DNA from: Nemertoderma westbladi
Lineage: Eukaryota; Animalia; Xenacoelomorpha
Assembly (NCBI GenBank): GCA_032718475.1
Contig: JAUCBJ010007290.1
Span: forward strand, 62,001 to 126,000
Reading direction: 5' to 3'
Length of the DNA: 64,000 bases
Part shown: positions 13,363 to 24,001 of the stretch, one piece after another
Numbering within the stretch: the first letter of the stretch is position 1
Layout: every line of letters starts with the position of its first letter
Notes under the pieces: generated by a model
The model's input: the letters and a program-made list of their open reading frames with translations, nothing else
Told to the model about the DNA's origin: nothing
Database searches by the model: none
Made by a program: the position numbers and the translations under genes

Positions 13363-13894
13363 CTGAAAGGAAATGGGGAATTAATTAGTGCTGCTGGGCA
13401 CACAAATGGATACTGTGTACTGAGTAGAGTAGGCCTACACATCGTTAAATAAAAAGTACGGTATACACAGATACACCAGATACAACCTTTTTAACAGGTC
13501 GGAGACCTCCCATTATTATTTTTTTAATATCAATCACATTCTAAGAAATTTAATACGATGTTAGTTGTTGTTCACTATTTTTCATTCAGATAGCCTGTGG
13601 GATTTTTAAATTTATTATTTAAAAAAATTCAGTTTATTTATTAATTAGGCGTAATAGATATTCTAGAATACGGTAAACTTTTTACATCATTGTAAGAAAA
13701 GTTAATACTTTCAACGTTATGACCCGAATCTGTATGTAACGATACAGTGAAGCGAGAGAAGGTTACATAAATATACAAGAGTTAATACGATTAATACGGT
13801 TACAACGATTAATAGTACAATATCCACATTGGAATAATGTAATAATAACATACGGGAAAGAGTCATAAAAACATTATTTGATTGGGATGTAGGA

Positions 13895-14042
13895 GAATTC
13901 GGTCCCGGAGTATTCTGTCCGGACAATTCGGTTCCGGACTATTCTGTCCGGACAAATCGGTCCCGGACAATTCGGTCCCGGACAATGCGGAACCAAAAGA
14001 CTAAATAATTGGGACCGAATTGTCCGGACCGAATAATTGTCC
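13895..14042. repeat. Small MITE-like element made of about 15-bp GGACAATTCGGTCCC units plus inverted copies (GGGACCGAATTGTCC)
   Basis: Direct and inverted copies visible. Confidence 0.7.
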
Positions 14043-14093
14043 TGCTTCCATTTGATTGTTAATATCGAATCATAAACAGACAGTATGACCTAC

Positions 14094-14254
14094 CGAATAT
14101 TAGATACAATCCCTGTTTGTCTTCAACAAATACGTGTTTACAAATCGGATATTCGTAAATCGCTCCATCGAATGTGTGAATCCAATCATACACAACAGTA
14201 CAGTTAGCAGTACAAGAGTAGGAGCACTCCAATTCTAAATTCGTATCACAAACA
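14094..14254 (-). CDS. Exon: E end + VWD start (ANCTVVYDWIHTFDGAIYEYPICKHVFV)
   Basis: ttacag|TGTT acceptor, TTCG|gtaggt donor, HTFDG motif; translated by hand. Confidence 0.88.
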
Positions 14255-14377
14255 CTGTAATCAGATAATCGTTACATTCAATATTACTTATTATAATAAA
14301 AGTTATTATTTAGTTCTTAATAAAATTGTGGAGAACTCGTACTATGATATCGGCAGCGTAAATACAGTAGGACACGG

Positions 14378-14872
14378 ACGTGGGGACTTCGCGCAGCACG
14401 TGCGTGGGGGCTTCGCGCAGCACGTGCGTGGGGACTTCGCGCAGCACGTGCGTGGGGACTTCGCGCAGCACGTGCGTGGGGACTTCGCGCAGCACGTGCG
14501 TGGGGACTTCGCGCAGCACGTGCGTGGGGACTTCGCGCAGCACGTGCGTGGGGACTTCGCGCAGCACGTGCGTGGGGACTTCGCGCAGCACGTACGTGGG
14601 GACTACGCGCAGCACGTACGTGGGGACTTCGCGCAGCACGTGCGTGGGGACTTAGGTAGAGGTATAATTAGTGGGCCTAGTCATTCGCCCCCTAACGGCA
14701 GACAGATGAACTACAGAAGTCTGTTTCTCTGTAGAATATATAAACTTTTGATAGAATACATTTGTACCAAGTTTGGTTCCATTTCATCAAACTTTTCCGA
14801 CAACGACGACGACGACGGACTAAGTATACCCCTACGCTAAGGCTCACCTGGACTTACGTGGCTCGCCCCACA
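14378..14872 (+). mobile_element. Helentron/HINE-like element, copy 2, with its 5' end amplified as a 24-bp minisatellite (14378-14653, about 11.5 copies)
   Basis: Same termini and internal blocks as 12848-13123; unit CACGTGCGTGGGGACTTCGCGCAG. Confidence 0.7.
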
Positions 14873-15135
14873 ACGTAACAGTAGAAGCTTGACGTGTTGG
14901 AGATTGCGCAAACACAGTCAGGTAATCTTAGTATACAGGTTTATAAGAGACCAAATATTTTATAAACTATTAATTATTAACCACCTCAGGTGACATCCTG
15001 AATGTGACAGACAACTCAGGAAATCCTGATAGTGATTGGTACTGCCTTCTCTAGGGGAATTGTTTGCAATTATTTTTCCGTTCATTGACTTCCAACAATT
15101 TAGGCAGACATATAAATTTCCGATTCACTACTTAC

Positions 15136-15602
15136 CATGACTCGCACGATGACAACTGAATAACATTGCCAACTTGAACCATGTTGCCGTTATCTAAGCG
15201 ACAGCCTTCGTAATTCGGAGTTGTCGTAGGTTTATTGGTTGTCGTAGGTTTATTGGTTGTCGTAGGTTTATTGGTTGTCGTAGGTTTATTGGTTGTCGTA
15301 GGTTTATTGGTTGTCGTAGGTTTATTGGTTGTCGTAGGTTTATTGGTTGTCGTAGGTTTATTGGTTGTCGTAGGTTTATTGGTTGTCGAAGGTTTACTGG
15401 TTGTCGTAGGTTTATTGGTTGTCGTAGGTTTATTGGTTGTCGTAGGTTTATTGGTTGTCGTAGGTTTATTGGTTGTCGTAGGTTTATTGGTTGTCGTAGG
15501 TTTATTGGTTGTCGTAGGTTTATTGGTTGTCGTAGGTTTATTGGTTGTCGATGTTTTACCACAAAAGCAGCAATTATTTTCCGGATTCATAAGCTGCATT
15601 CC
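15136..15602 (-). CDS. Exon: basic PTS domain (TTTNKP x18) flanked by Cys-rich sequence
   Basis: atacag|GGAA acceptor, CATG|gtaagt donor; 18-bp coding repeat at about 15220-15552. Confidence 0.88.
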
Positions 15603-15804
15603 CTGTATAATAACATTAGCAATACAAAAGTTCTGTATTAGTGTAAGTGTAGGGAGATATATTCTCAATGAATAGGGTATATAAATGATACGGAATAGGG
15701 TGGGGCACAGCACATACAACCATGAACTGCAATGTTTTAGATACAATGTGTTACATCGTTTTGTATAATATTATAAACATAACCACCCTGGGATTGGATT
15801 CGGA

Positions 15805-16070
15805 GTCTGTGATGCTACGCAGGATTAACGTTATAAAGGATACAATGCGAACTTTCAAACACGGCCAGGTGTTCATGTAAAACTCCTGTAATATCTTAGT
15901 ATCCCAACCCAGCACCACATTGCAGGCGAGGCATATGAGTCTTGTTGGGCATTGCTATCGTAAATTATCAACCTATGCAACTCTATGGCTGCCGGCTGGT
16001 GAGAGGAAAGGTGGAAACCATTCATGTTCCTGAAACTGGTGCTAAAAGAATGTAATATCGGTAGTGATTT
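15805..16070 (+). mobile_element. Highly degenerate RTE-clade LINE 3' remnant
   Basis: Translates to MLRRI…PSTTLQARHMSLVGHCYR, similar to the RLRFxGHCxR motif of the other RTE pieces. Confidence 0.5.
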
Positions 16071-16267
16071 TGGATATGAGATTAGGGATTACAGATTGCA
16101 AATTATGGAACTGTAACGTTGCAGACACGGCCGAAGTGGAGTGCCTAAGCGCCCCCCCCCCCCCCCCATCCCCCTGTATGTACCTCCGGATACATAAAAA
16201 CCAGTAGATTCAGCTCAGTGTTTGAGAAAAATGTCTTAAAATAGATATAATAGAAATACAAGCTGAC

Positions 16268-16482
16268 CTGGGATTCGCATATGACTGCACTTAAGGCGCA
16301 GTGTTTGAGACATTGTGTTACAGAGTTCATACAGAAGCAGCGATCACATTGACCGGAGGGCCACATTGATCCAGGCGGTTTCACATCACCGTCTGGTGTA
16401 ACGCATGGACAATCCATCGGTTTTACACAAACTGTTCCGTTGCACAATAACTCTTCATTGCACTCCATACAATGATCTGAAT
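16268..16482 (-). CDS. Exon: Cys-rich TIL-end/E module (HCMECNEELLCNGTVCVKPMDCPC...CESQ)
   Basis: ttttag|ATTC acceptor (an in-frame alternative AG lies 6 nt downstream), CAG|gtcagc donor. Confidence 0.87.
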
Positions 16483-16621
16483 CTAAAAGGTAAGAGATTG
16501 TAGTTTGATAATCTCAGTGTGAGAATTTATACCAATGGTTACAAATGTAATTATCTCTATTCCCAAAAAAAGACTATCTTGTTAAAATAACAAATAATAT
16601 TAACAAATACTAGTACTGCTA

Positions 16622-17240
16622 CTAGGTGGAGCGAACTCGGACAGTGGAAATGAGATCCTTCCAGGCTTCCCGATTCTCCATAGTTGTCGCAATTTCGTTT
16701 CTCCCAAGTTCAGTATCCCTTTCAAGTTGATCTATATATATTATGGCCGGTCGTCCACGACTACGCTTTCCATGAGTTGGTTGCCAGAAAAGTAGATCTG
16801 GTATGACCTCGTCTTTACTTCGCCAGCAGTGCCCACTGAATCTTAATCTGCGTTCACGGAGGGTGGTTGATACAGGTGGTATTGTACCATAAAGCTCGGC
16901 GTTTGTCATGTGTTCTCTCCAACTGATGTTTAGGGCTGCCCTTAGTAGTCTTGTGTAGCAACCATCAATTCGTTGTTCAAGTGATTTAGTCAGTGTCCAG
17001 GTCTCACAACCTTATAAAAGTACACTTTCCACTGTGGCTCGAAAGAACTTGGTCTTCCGATCACGGGAGTGGGATTACGAGATGGTATCCATTTTTGATA
17101 GAGCTACCCATGCCTTTGCTTTCCTAACTTTTATGTCTTTTCTGCTGCTCTATATATCCGAAACCCAAGCCAAGGTAATGGAAATCGTCACCGATATTTA
17201 TGTGATTATTATCAATGGTGGTCAGACTTCGATTAAAATC
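16622..17240 (-). mobile_element. 5'-truncated RTE-clade non-LTR retrotransposon 3' fragment
   Basis: DDFHYLG upstream, then RRLRFSGHCWRS…LLFWQPTHGKRSRGRP, typical of the RTE ORF C-terminus; frameshifted. Confidence 0.8.
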
Positions 17241-17246
17241 TGACCA

Positions 17247-17845
17247 CGGTTGTCGGCTGTGGGTTGTCGGCTGTCGGTTGTTGGCTGTCGGCTGTCGGTT
17301 ATCGGCTGAAGGTTGTCGGTTGTCGGCTGTCGGCTGTCGGTTGTTGGCTGTCGGTTGTCGGTTATCGGCTGAAGGTTGTCGGTTGTCGGGTGTCGGTTGT
17401 CGGCTGTCGGTTGTTGGCTGTCGGTTATCGGCTGAATGTTGTCGGCTGTCGGTTGTCGGCTGTTGGTTGTTGGCTGTCGGTTATCGGCTGAAGGTTGTCG
17501 GTTGTCGGCTGTCGGTTGTCGGCTGTCGGTTGACGGCTGTCGGTTGTTGGCTGTCGGTTATCGGCTGAAGGTTGTCGGCTGTCGGCTGTCGGTTGTCGAC
17601 TGTGGGTTGTCGGTTGTCGGATGTCGGTTGTTGGCTGTCGGCTGTCGGTTATCGGCAGAAGGTTGTCGGTTGACGGCTGTCTGTTGTCGGCTGTCGGTTG
17701 TTGGCTGTCGGCTGTCGGTTGTTGGCTGTCGGCTGTCGGTTATCGGCTGAAGGTTGTCGGTTGTCGGTTGTCGGCTGTTGGTTGTTGGCTGTCGGTTATC
17801 GGCTGAAGGTTGTCGGTTGTCGGCTGTCGGTTGTCGGCTGTCGGC
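17247..17845. repeat. Degenerate 7-bp microsatellite (TGTCGGY)n with recurring TTATCGGCTGAAGG variant
   Basis: Direct reading. Confidence 0.92.
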
Positions 17846-17907
17846 GCAACGTTTACACCCTGCAGAATACTATAAATTACTTTGTAATAAAGTGAACCAT
17901 TACCTAC

Positions 17908-18124
17908 CCTTCGTCATATTGGGACACATTTTGTTAGGTATTTGGATCGGGGATGTGGAAGTAGATGGGGATGATGCCGTGGTGATTTCTGGAGTTGGGT
18001 TTGGTGTTGTGGTTTTCGGAGTAGTAGGACGTTGTGTCGTTGAGCTACAGTTATAAGGAGTACAAGTCACCGACTGATCCCAACATGTACATCTGTCACA
18101 GCCAGAATACCAAACTGAACCAAC
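17908..18124 (-). CDS. Exon: E module + short PTS stretch (VGSVWYSGCDRCTCWDQSVTC...TTQRPTTPKTTT...)
   Basis: catag|GTTG acceptor, AAGG|gtaggt donor (phase 1, matches next exon). Confidence 0.85.
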
Positions 18125-18999
18125 CTATGTAAATATTTAGTCATAATAGTATTAATAATAGTAAATATTGTCAAAAATTTTAAAAATCAAAAATAATGAT
18201 ACACCTTTTTTTTGCCTCTATAAAGACATACACCTTTCCTGCAATCACTGCCATGAAATAGTGAGAAAGAATTACAACATTTTAGACCATTTTATTTTGC
18301 ATGTATTTTTTAAAGAAATGCATATTCATTGGAAATTTGCATAAAAGTTGTGGCCTCTAGAATTACATTATACTCATTAAATTGACTTTATTTGAAAACT
18401 AGATATAAAAATATGAGGAGGTCTTTGTGTAGAAAGTTAAAATAGGTTGAAGAAATACTGATTTAACCACAGGTGAACATCTGCTATTTTACTAAAATTT
18501 GAAGATTATGGGGGCCTACCCCATTTTGGGTCATAATTGCAGATTTTTGTTATTATATTTCTTCTAGAGCAAAACTTATTGGTGATTTCAAATCTCAAAA
18601 TTTCAAAGTAAAAGTCACTAAAATTTACAGCAAGTACTTACTAATAACGTCCTACTATTAGCATAGAGGTAGACAAAGTATCACTATGGTATTACATGAT
18701 ACCGGGTAGCTGGCACTACTGTCAGGTTGACATTGCCTCACACACCGTTACCGGATATCTGGATATAGCAAACAGCTTGAGTCACTAGCAGCTTAAAAAT
18801 CGAGTTGGATTGTAGGCCTACTGTATAACTTTCAGTACAAACACAGTCTGACAACCTCATATAAAAAACATAACATACCGTGTAGGTCAAAGAAGGATAA
18901 ATGGTTACTAGTACAGAGTATAAAATAATCTATAAAAAATATAAACTATTTAGCCGAAATACCTATAAACACATCTTCTGTAATAATACCACTGAATAT

Positions 19000-19680
19000 G
19001 TAACCTATGTTCATAATTATGGTTGACTATGTTCTACGCATGTCCTTAGATCATCATAATGATGATGGGGTGATGATAACTCCACCTACTGGCTCCAGAA
19101 GTCGAGGAAATCCTGCCAAGTACCTAACTGATCTAGACTCTGCTGATGACTTAGGAGTACTCTCAGAATCACTAGAGGGAGCCCAACGGCTCCTCAGCTC
19201 ATTAGAACATGGTGCTTCTAGTGTTGGTCTTTTTATTAACTCCAGAAAGACCAACATTTTTACAGTTAACTTTGAAAGTCATCAGTAAGTATCTGATCGG
19301 ATGAGCATAAGCTCAAAGGGTGGTATGCTTGAGCATGTGGACGACTTCTGGTACCTGGGATGCTTACCAAGAATGCTACGCCGGGTTCATTGTGTCAAGT
19401 ACAATGCACACATCTCCAACCAGACACTATATAAAATTGGAGGTGTCTCATTGGTTCCCCCAAGCTTGACACTAGAACAAAGCCGCCTCGGCTTTGCAGG
19501 ACATTGCTTTCGCCGTGAGAACCAGCCAGTGCATAATCTTGTACTTTGGCAGCCTCATGGAGTGAATAAGCATGGTGGACAGCCCATGACTTTCTTGAGA
19601 CGCATTTGAAAGGACACAGGCCTTGAAAATGGGGATGATCTAGCAAATGTCATGGGTGATAGGGAGTTGTAGCGGCGCAA
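19000..19680 (+). mobile_element. Degenerate RTE-clade LINE RT/C-terminal fragment
   Basis: FIIMVDYVLR, DLDSADD (degenerate YADD/FADD), DDFWYLG, SRLGFAGHCFRRENQPVHNLVLWQP; contains stops and deletions. Confidence 0.8.
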
Positions 19681-20123
19681 TTTTGTCGACAAGCCCGTAC
19701 AGCATTCTTAAAAATGCAGCTGCAATGCAGCATGCCGATCCTAGTACTATGTAACCTAACTTTATAAGCCCATTAGTAGAAACTGCAAAGTGCAAAATGA
19801 CTATGGCTGGCTAATCCTGTATTCACATGTTGTTTGGACATTGATTAAAAACCTTTTGAAATTCCCGCCACATGTCTCATTAAATGTCCAGTAAATCAAA
19901 GAAGCGGGTATCTTTTTGCATATTAATATGATAGTGTCATTAACCAATATGTATACAGTTGGTGTAAAAATGAGATTACTTTTTAAGTGGTGGGATGCAA
20001 AAGGGTGTATCTTTGGTAGTTACACCATAGTAACCCCCCCCCCTCCTTATACGTATGGAATAACTTACAGCTATTGCAGTTACTTACGGTCTATAATACA
20101 ATGACATATAGTAAATGACTTAC

Positions 20124-20220
20124 AGCGTGCACTGATCCATCTACATTTCTACAAGGGCATTCCTCGAGCTGGACGCAACTGCCGCCATCAATCAACTGAA
20201 ATTTGAATCCGTCCGGGCAA
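20124..20220 (-). CDS. Exon: TIL end / E start (CPDGFKFQLIDGGSCVQLEECPCRNVDGSVHA)
   Basis: ctttag|TTGC acceptor, GCT|gtaagt donor. Confidence 0.87.
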
Positions 20221-20976
20221 CTAAAGATAACAAATTAATACCTAAATAATACACAACACAATGACACTAGACATTATATAGTTTCAATCCTAGTGTCCTA
20301 GAAACAATGTCCTACAACACTACGTTGTAGGTCCAGCCATACACGTTGAGAATTATCTAACAATCCGATAAACAATGTCCCACCACACTACATTGTAGGC
20401 CCAGCCATACACGTTGAGAATTATCTAACAATCCGATAAACAATGTCCCCCCACACTACGTTGTAGGCCCAGCCATACACGTTGAGAATTATCTAACAAT
20501 CCGATAAACAATGTCCCACCACACTACATTGTAGGCCCAGCCATACACGTTGAGAATTATCTAACAATCCGATAAACAATGTCCCACCACACTACGTTGT
20601 AGGCCCAGCCATACACGTTGAGAATTATCTAACAATCCGATAAACAATGTCCCACCACACTACGTTGTAGGTCCAGCCATACACGTTGAGAATTATGTAA
20701 CAATCCGATAAACAATGTCCCACCACACTAAGTTCCAGCCATACACGTTGAGAATTATCTAACAATCCGATAAACAATGTCCCACCACACTACGTTGTAG
20801 GTCCAGCCATACACGTTGAGAATTATCTAACAATCCGATAAACAATGTCCCACCACACTACATTGTAGGCCCAGCCATACACGTTGAGAATTATCTAACA
20901 ATCCGATAAACAATGTCCCCCCACACTACGTTGTAGGCCCAGCCATACACGTTGAGAATTATCTAACAATCCGAGA

Positions 20977-23900
20977 GAAAGCCGCCCCAATATTAGATTA
21001 TTACAACAACATATCCATTGGGTAAGAAAGTGGAGGAGAGCCAGCCCGTCTCTTAATTTTTTACTTTATATTACGCGATCAATTTTCACTCATCTCGTCA
21101 TGAATCAAACATGTATGTAACCTTTTGTTAAATTTGTTGGCTATGCGTTTGCGGTTGTTTGGGCGGAGTGTGGTAGGCCTTCACTTTTCACACTTAAATA
21201 TTTTGGTTGTGAAATGTTACAGGGCATAGCGATCTGAGATATTTCATTTATATTTTATTATGAGAGGAAGAAGAAAATACAACGTTATTTACTATATATG
21301 TAACAAAATAATTGTTTTCGGGTTTAACTTGGAAGCCTCCCCAAATAGTTGATATACAATTATATTTAAAATTATTTCCATGGTCATGGTCATTCACCCG
21401 TCTTTAGTTAGAAATTTGTTTGCATGAAAGACAGTTTAGTTTAGTTTTTACTGATTTATTATCTCTTATCTGACTGGGGTAATAATAAAGGATAGGATAA
21501 ATGGAAGCAAAGTGTGACAGTAACAAATATTTCCCCGTCACCCTAGCATGTCTTAAGTATATGATATATCAAAGGGGGAAGCTTGGATTCACTGCATAAA
21601 TGCAGTTCACCAAACTTCCCCCGAATGCTCACTGTAACTTCCCCCTTCCCCCAAATATCCACTGTTGAATTAATTTGAAGCGATATAATAAGTACAAAAT
21701 TGTGCGAGTTTTTAATTGTGTGGTCCATTTGTTGTTTGATCTCTATTTATTGTTTTAAGTGCATATAATATCACACTGGTTTTTATAATATTATACTATA
21801 CAACCTTATGTTTTATTAATTTACCCAATCGAAGCCTCATAAGGGCCGGTTATTTGTACGCATATCCCCTAATGCGCTCAGTAAGGTTCAAACAACATAT
21901 TAATATGAAAATAAAGTATCTGCAACGAAAAGAACCCAATACTATATAATTTGACCTTATTAAAAAATTTGCACTTTTGCACACTTATTTGTACAAATGC
22001 ACTTTAGCAGATCGTAATGGTGGCTCTTATTTAACAAACTTATGTTTATCCTCTACCGATCTACGATGGTGTATGATCAAGTGTCAGTCGCTAAAAGTGT
22101 CAAAAATCCAATTTAATAAATCTGGATTTGCGATTTTGGACCATATTCATGGACATTTTAAGTCACTTTATAGACATAAAAATTTAAACAAATGTTACGA
22201 TTATAGTTAGAAATCATTCCAAACTACATTTTAATCCAAAAAATAACATTCTACGATGAATAGAACTGGAAATAATAGTGTTTGAAATATCGAAAAAATG
22301 TTCACTATTTAAGTGTATTTTTCACTAAGTGCACATAAGTCTTTTCCCAAGTTTTATCCTATTTCACACACTACAATCTATCCTCTATCCAATGAAAAAA
22401 GTTTCAGATTAAACGGCCCTGTAGAACCAAAGTTATTTATGTTTAAAAATAGTCACTCGAAAATTTCAAAATCACTTGGTCACATAGTCTAGTGGTTATC
22501 AATCACGTTAATGAAACCTAAGTTCGCGGGTTCGAAATCCAATATTGACCTGACCATCCTTAATTTTTGTGCAAAAAAAATTATTTTTATTTTTTCACTA
22601 AAATCGTTCTAACTTCGGTTCTGGTGGTCCAAATTCAATAAAATTGGTATATTCTTTGCCGTAATTTTTTTCTTAATCTTTTGAGAAGGGGTTATTTTTG
22701 GCCCCAAAAAAATTAAAAAAAAAGGGCCAAAATAACGCGATATTTTTCGACCCTTAAAATTCGTAATTTTAATTATATATGTTAAGATAAAAGATAGCGG
22801 AGTTAATTTGATACTTTTTACAGGTACTTTTGGCGCAATACGCTAAATTATAATGGAATAGCGTTTTGTTAAAAAAAAATTTTTCGTCCCTTTTTATAAA
22901 TATTATATTTCACACGATCGCCTGCCGCTCCAGTTTTATAATACCTCCGGCGCTGTGATTAACGCTGTTAGATAGATAATTTAACGCACTATAAGTCTGT
23001 GTAAACAAATCTCCCGTAAGTTAAGTAGTTTTCGAGCTAGACGATTTCCCGCGAAGCAAGTTTGAAGCGCTAAATTATAATTTTGGCCCTCATTTTTTTA
23101 ATATCATCCTTGGAGCAAAACCGATAGCATATTTGAATTCCCCGTATAGATATTGATTGTATAGAATGTACCTTAACCAACTAAAGTTAAAAATAAAAAG
23201 TTATTCGATAAAAACTACTTTACAAATTCTGGCCCTTTTTGGCCCCTATTGCCGACATATTTTTTGTACCCCCATTCGATAGGAACGTAGCCCCAATGGT
23301 CTTCTACGAGTTTCATAAAAGAATTAGTGGATTCCTACCCGCGTTGTCGAATTAAACTTTTCCAAAATAATAAGTTTTCCAAAAAAGACGGACAAAAACG
23401 TACAAATTTACAGCCCCTTTTTCCACCCGAAATTTTAATAAATATCTTACCCCCATTCGATACGAAGGTAGTACCACTCTTCCCCTTTCCAACCGCGTTA
23501 CTTTTGTCCCCGTACGATTAATATTAGCCGAGTTATAGCGGATCCCGCAAAGTCATTTTGTCCGTTTTTTCAACTTTGACGGACATTTTCGGAAAAAAGG
23601 CGTGGTAATCTTTTTTGAAAAAAAAAACGAATTCACTAATTAATCCCTTCTATCGTATCCCGGCGTCGGCTAAGCAATAACCTAGGGTTTTTTCGAGCCA
23701 CTGTAGAGCGCCTTTTAAAAAAATTTTAAAATTGTCGAAAAAATGACGGTTTTTTGTCCGCCGTGTCCGTCGAAGGGTTAGATTTAATAATGTTAGAGTT
23801 GCTAATATCTTAGAATTCCGAGCCGCTCCCCTGGTGAGAAAATAAAAAAATTTGGTCAGTTCCTTCATCGAAAAGTCCCCCAGAATCCCAAGTTAACCTA

Positions 23901-24001
23901 TATAGTTAGCGATGGCCTGCGGCTTTAGGAGCGGCCGCGGTATTCACCTCCCTCATAGCGGCCGCGGCGGTGTTGCGTCAAATGGAGAAATATTTATCCC
24001 A
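20977..24001. mobile_element. 3.0-kb non-coding insertion flanked by a CCGAGA direct repeat (probable TSD); no TIRs
   Basis: The satellite unit is split exactly at CCGAGA (20971-20976 and 24002-24007) and resumes in register. Confidence 0.75.
22478..22550 (+). pseudogene. Degenerate tRNA-like segment (Pol III A/B boxes)
   Basis: GGTCA…TGACC acceptor-like ends, A-box TAGTCTAGTGG and B-box GGTTCGAAATCC at tRNA spacing; anticodon arm does not pair. Confidence 0.45.

Noticed and set aside
19142-19175. CTGATGA as another hammerhead core
   Set aside because: It is the ADD codons of the RTE RT remnant, with no stem II/GAAA arrangement.
22478-22550. Functional tRNA gene
   Set aside because: Anticodon and T stems do not pair properly; kept only as a tRNA-like remnant.
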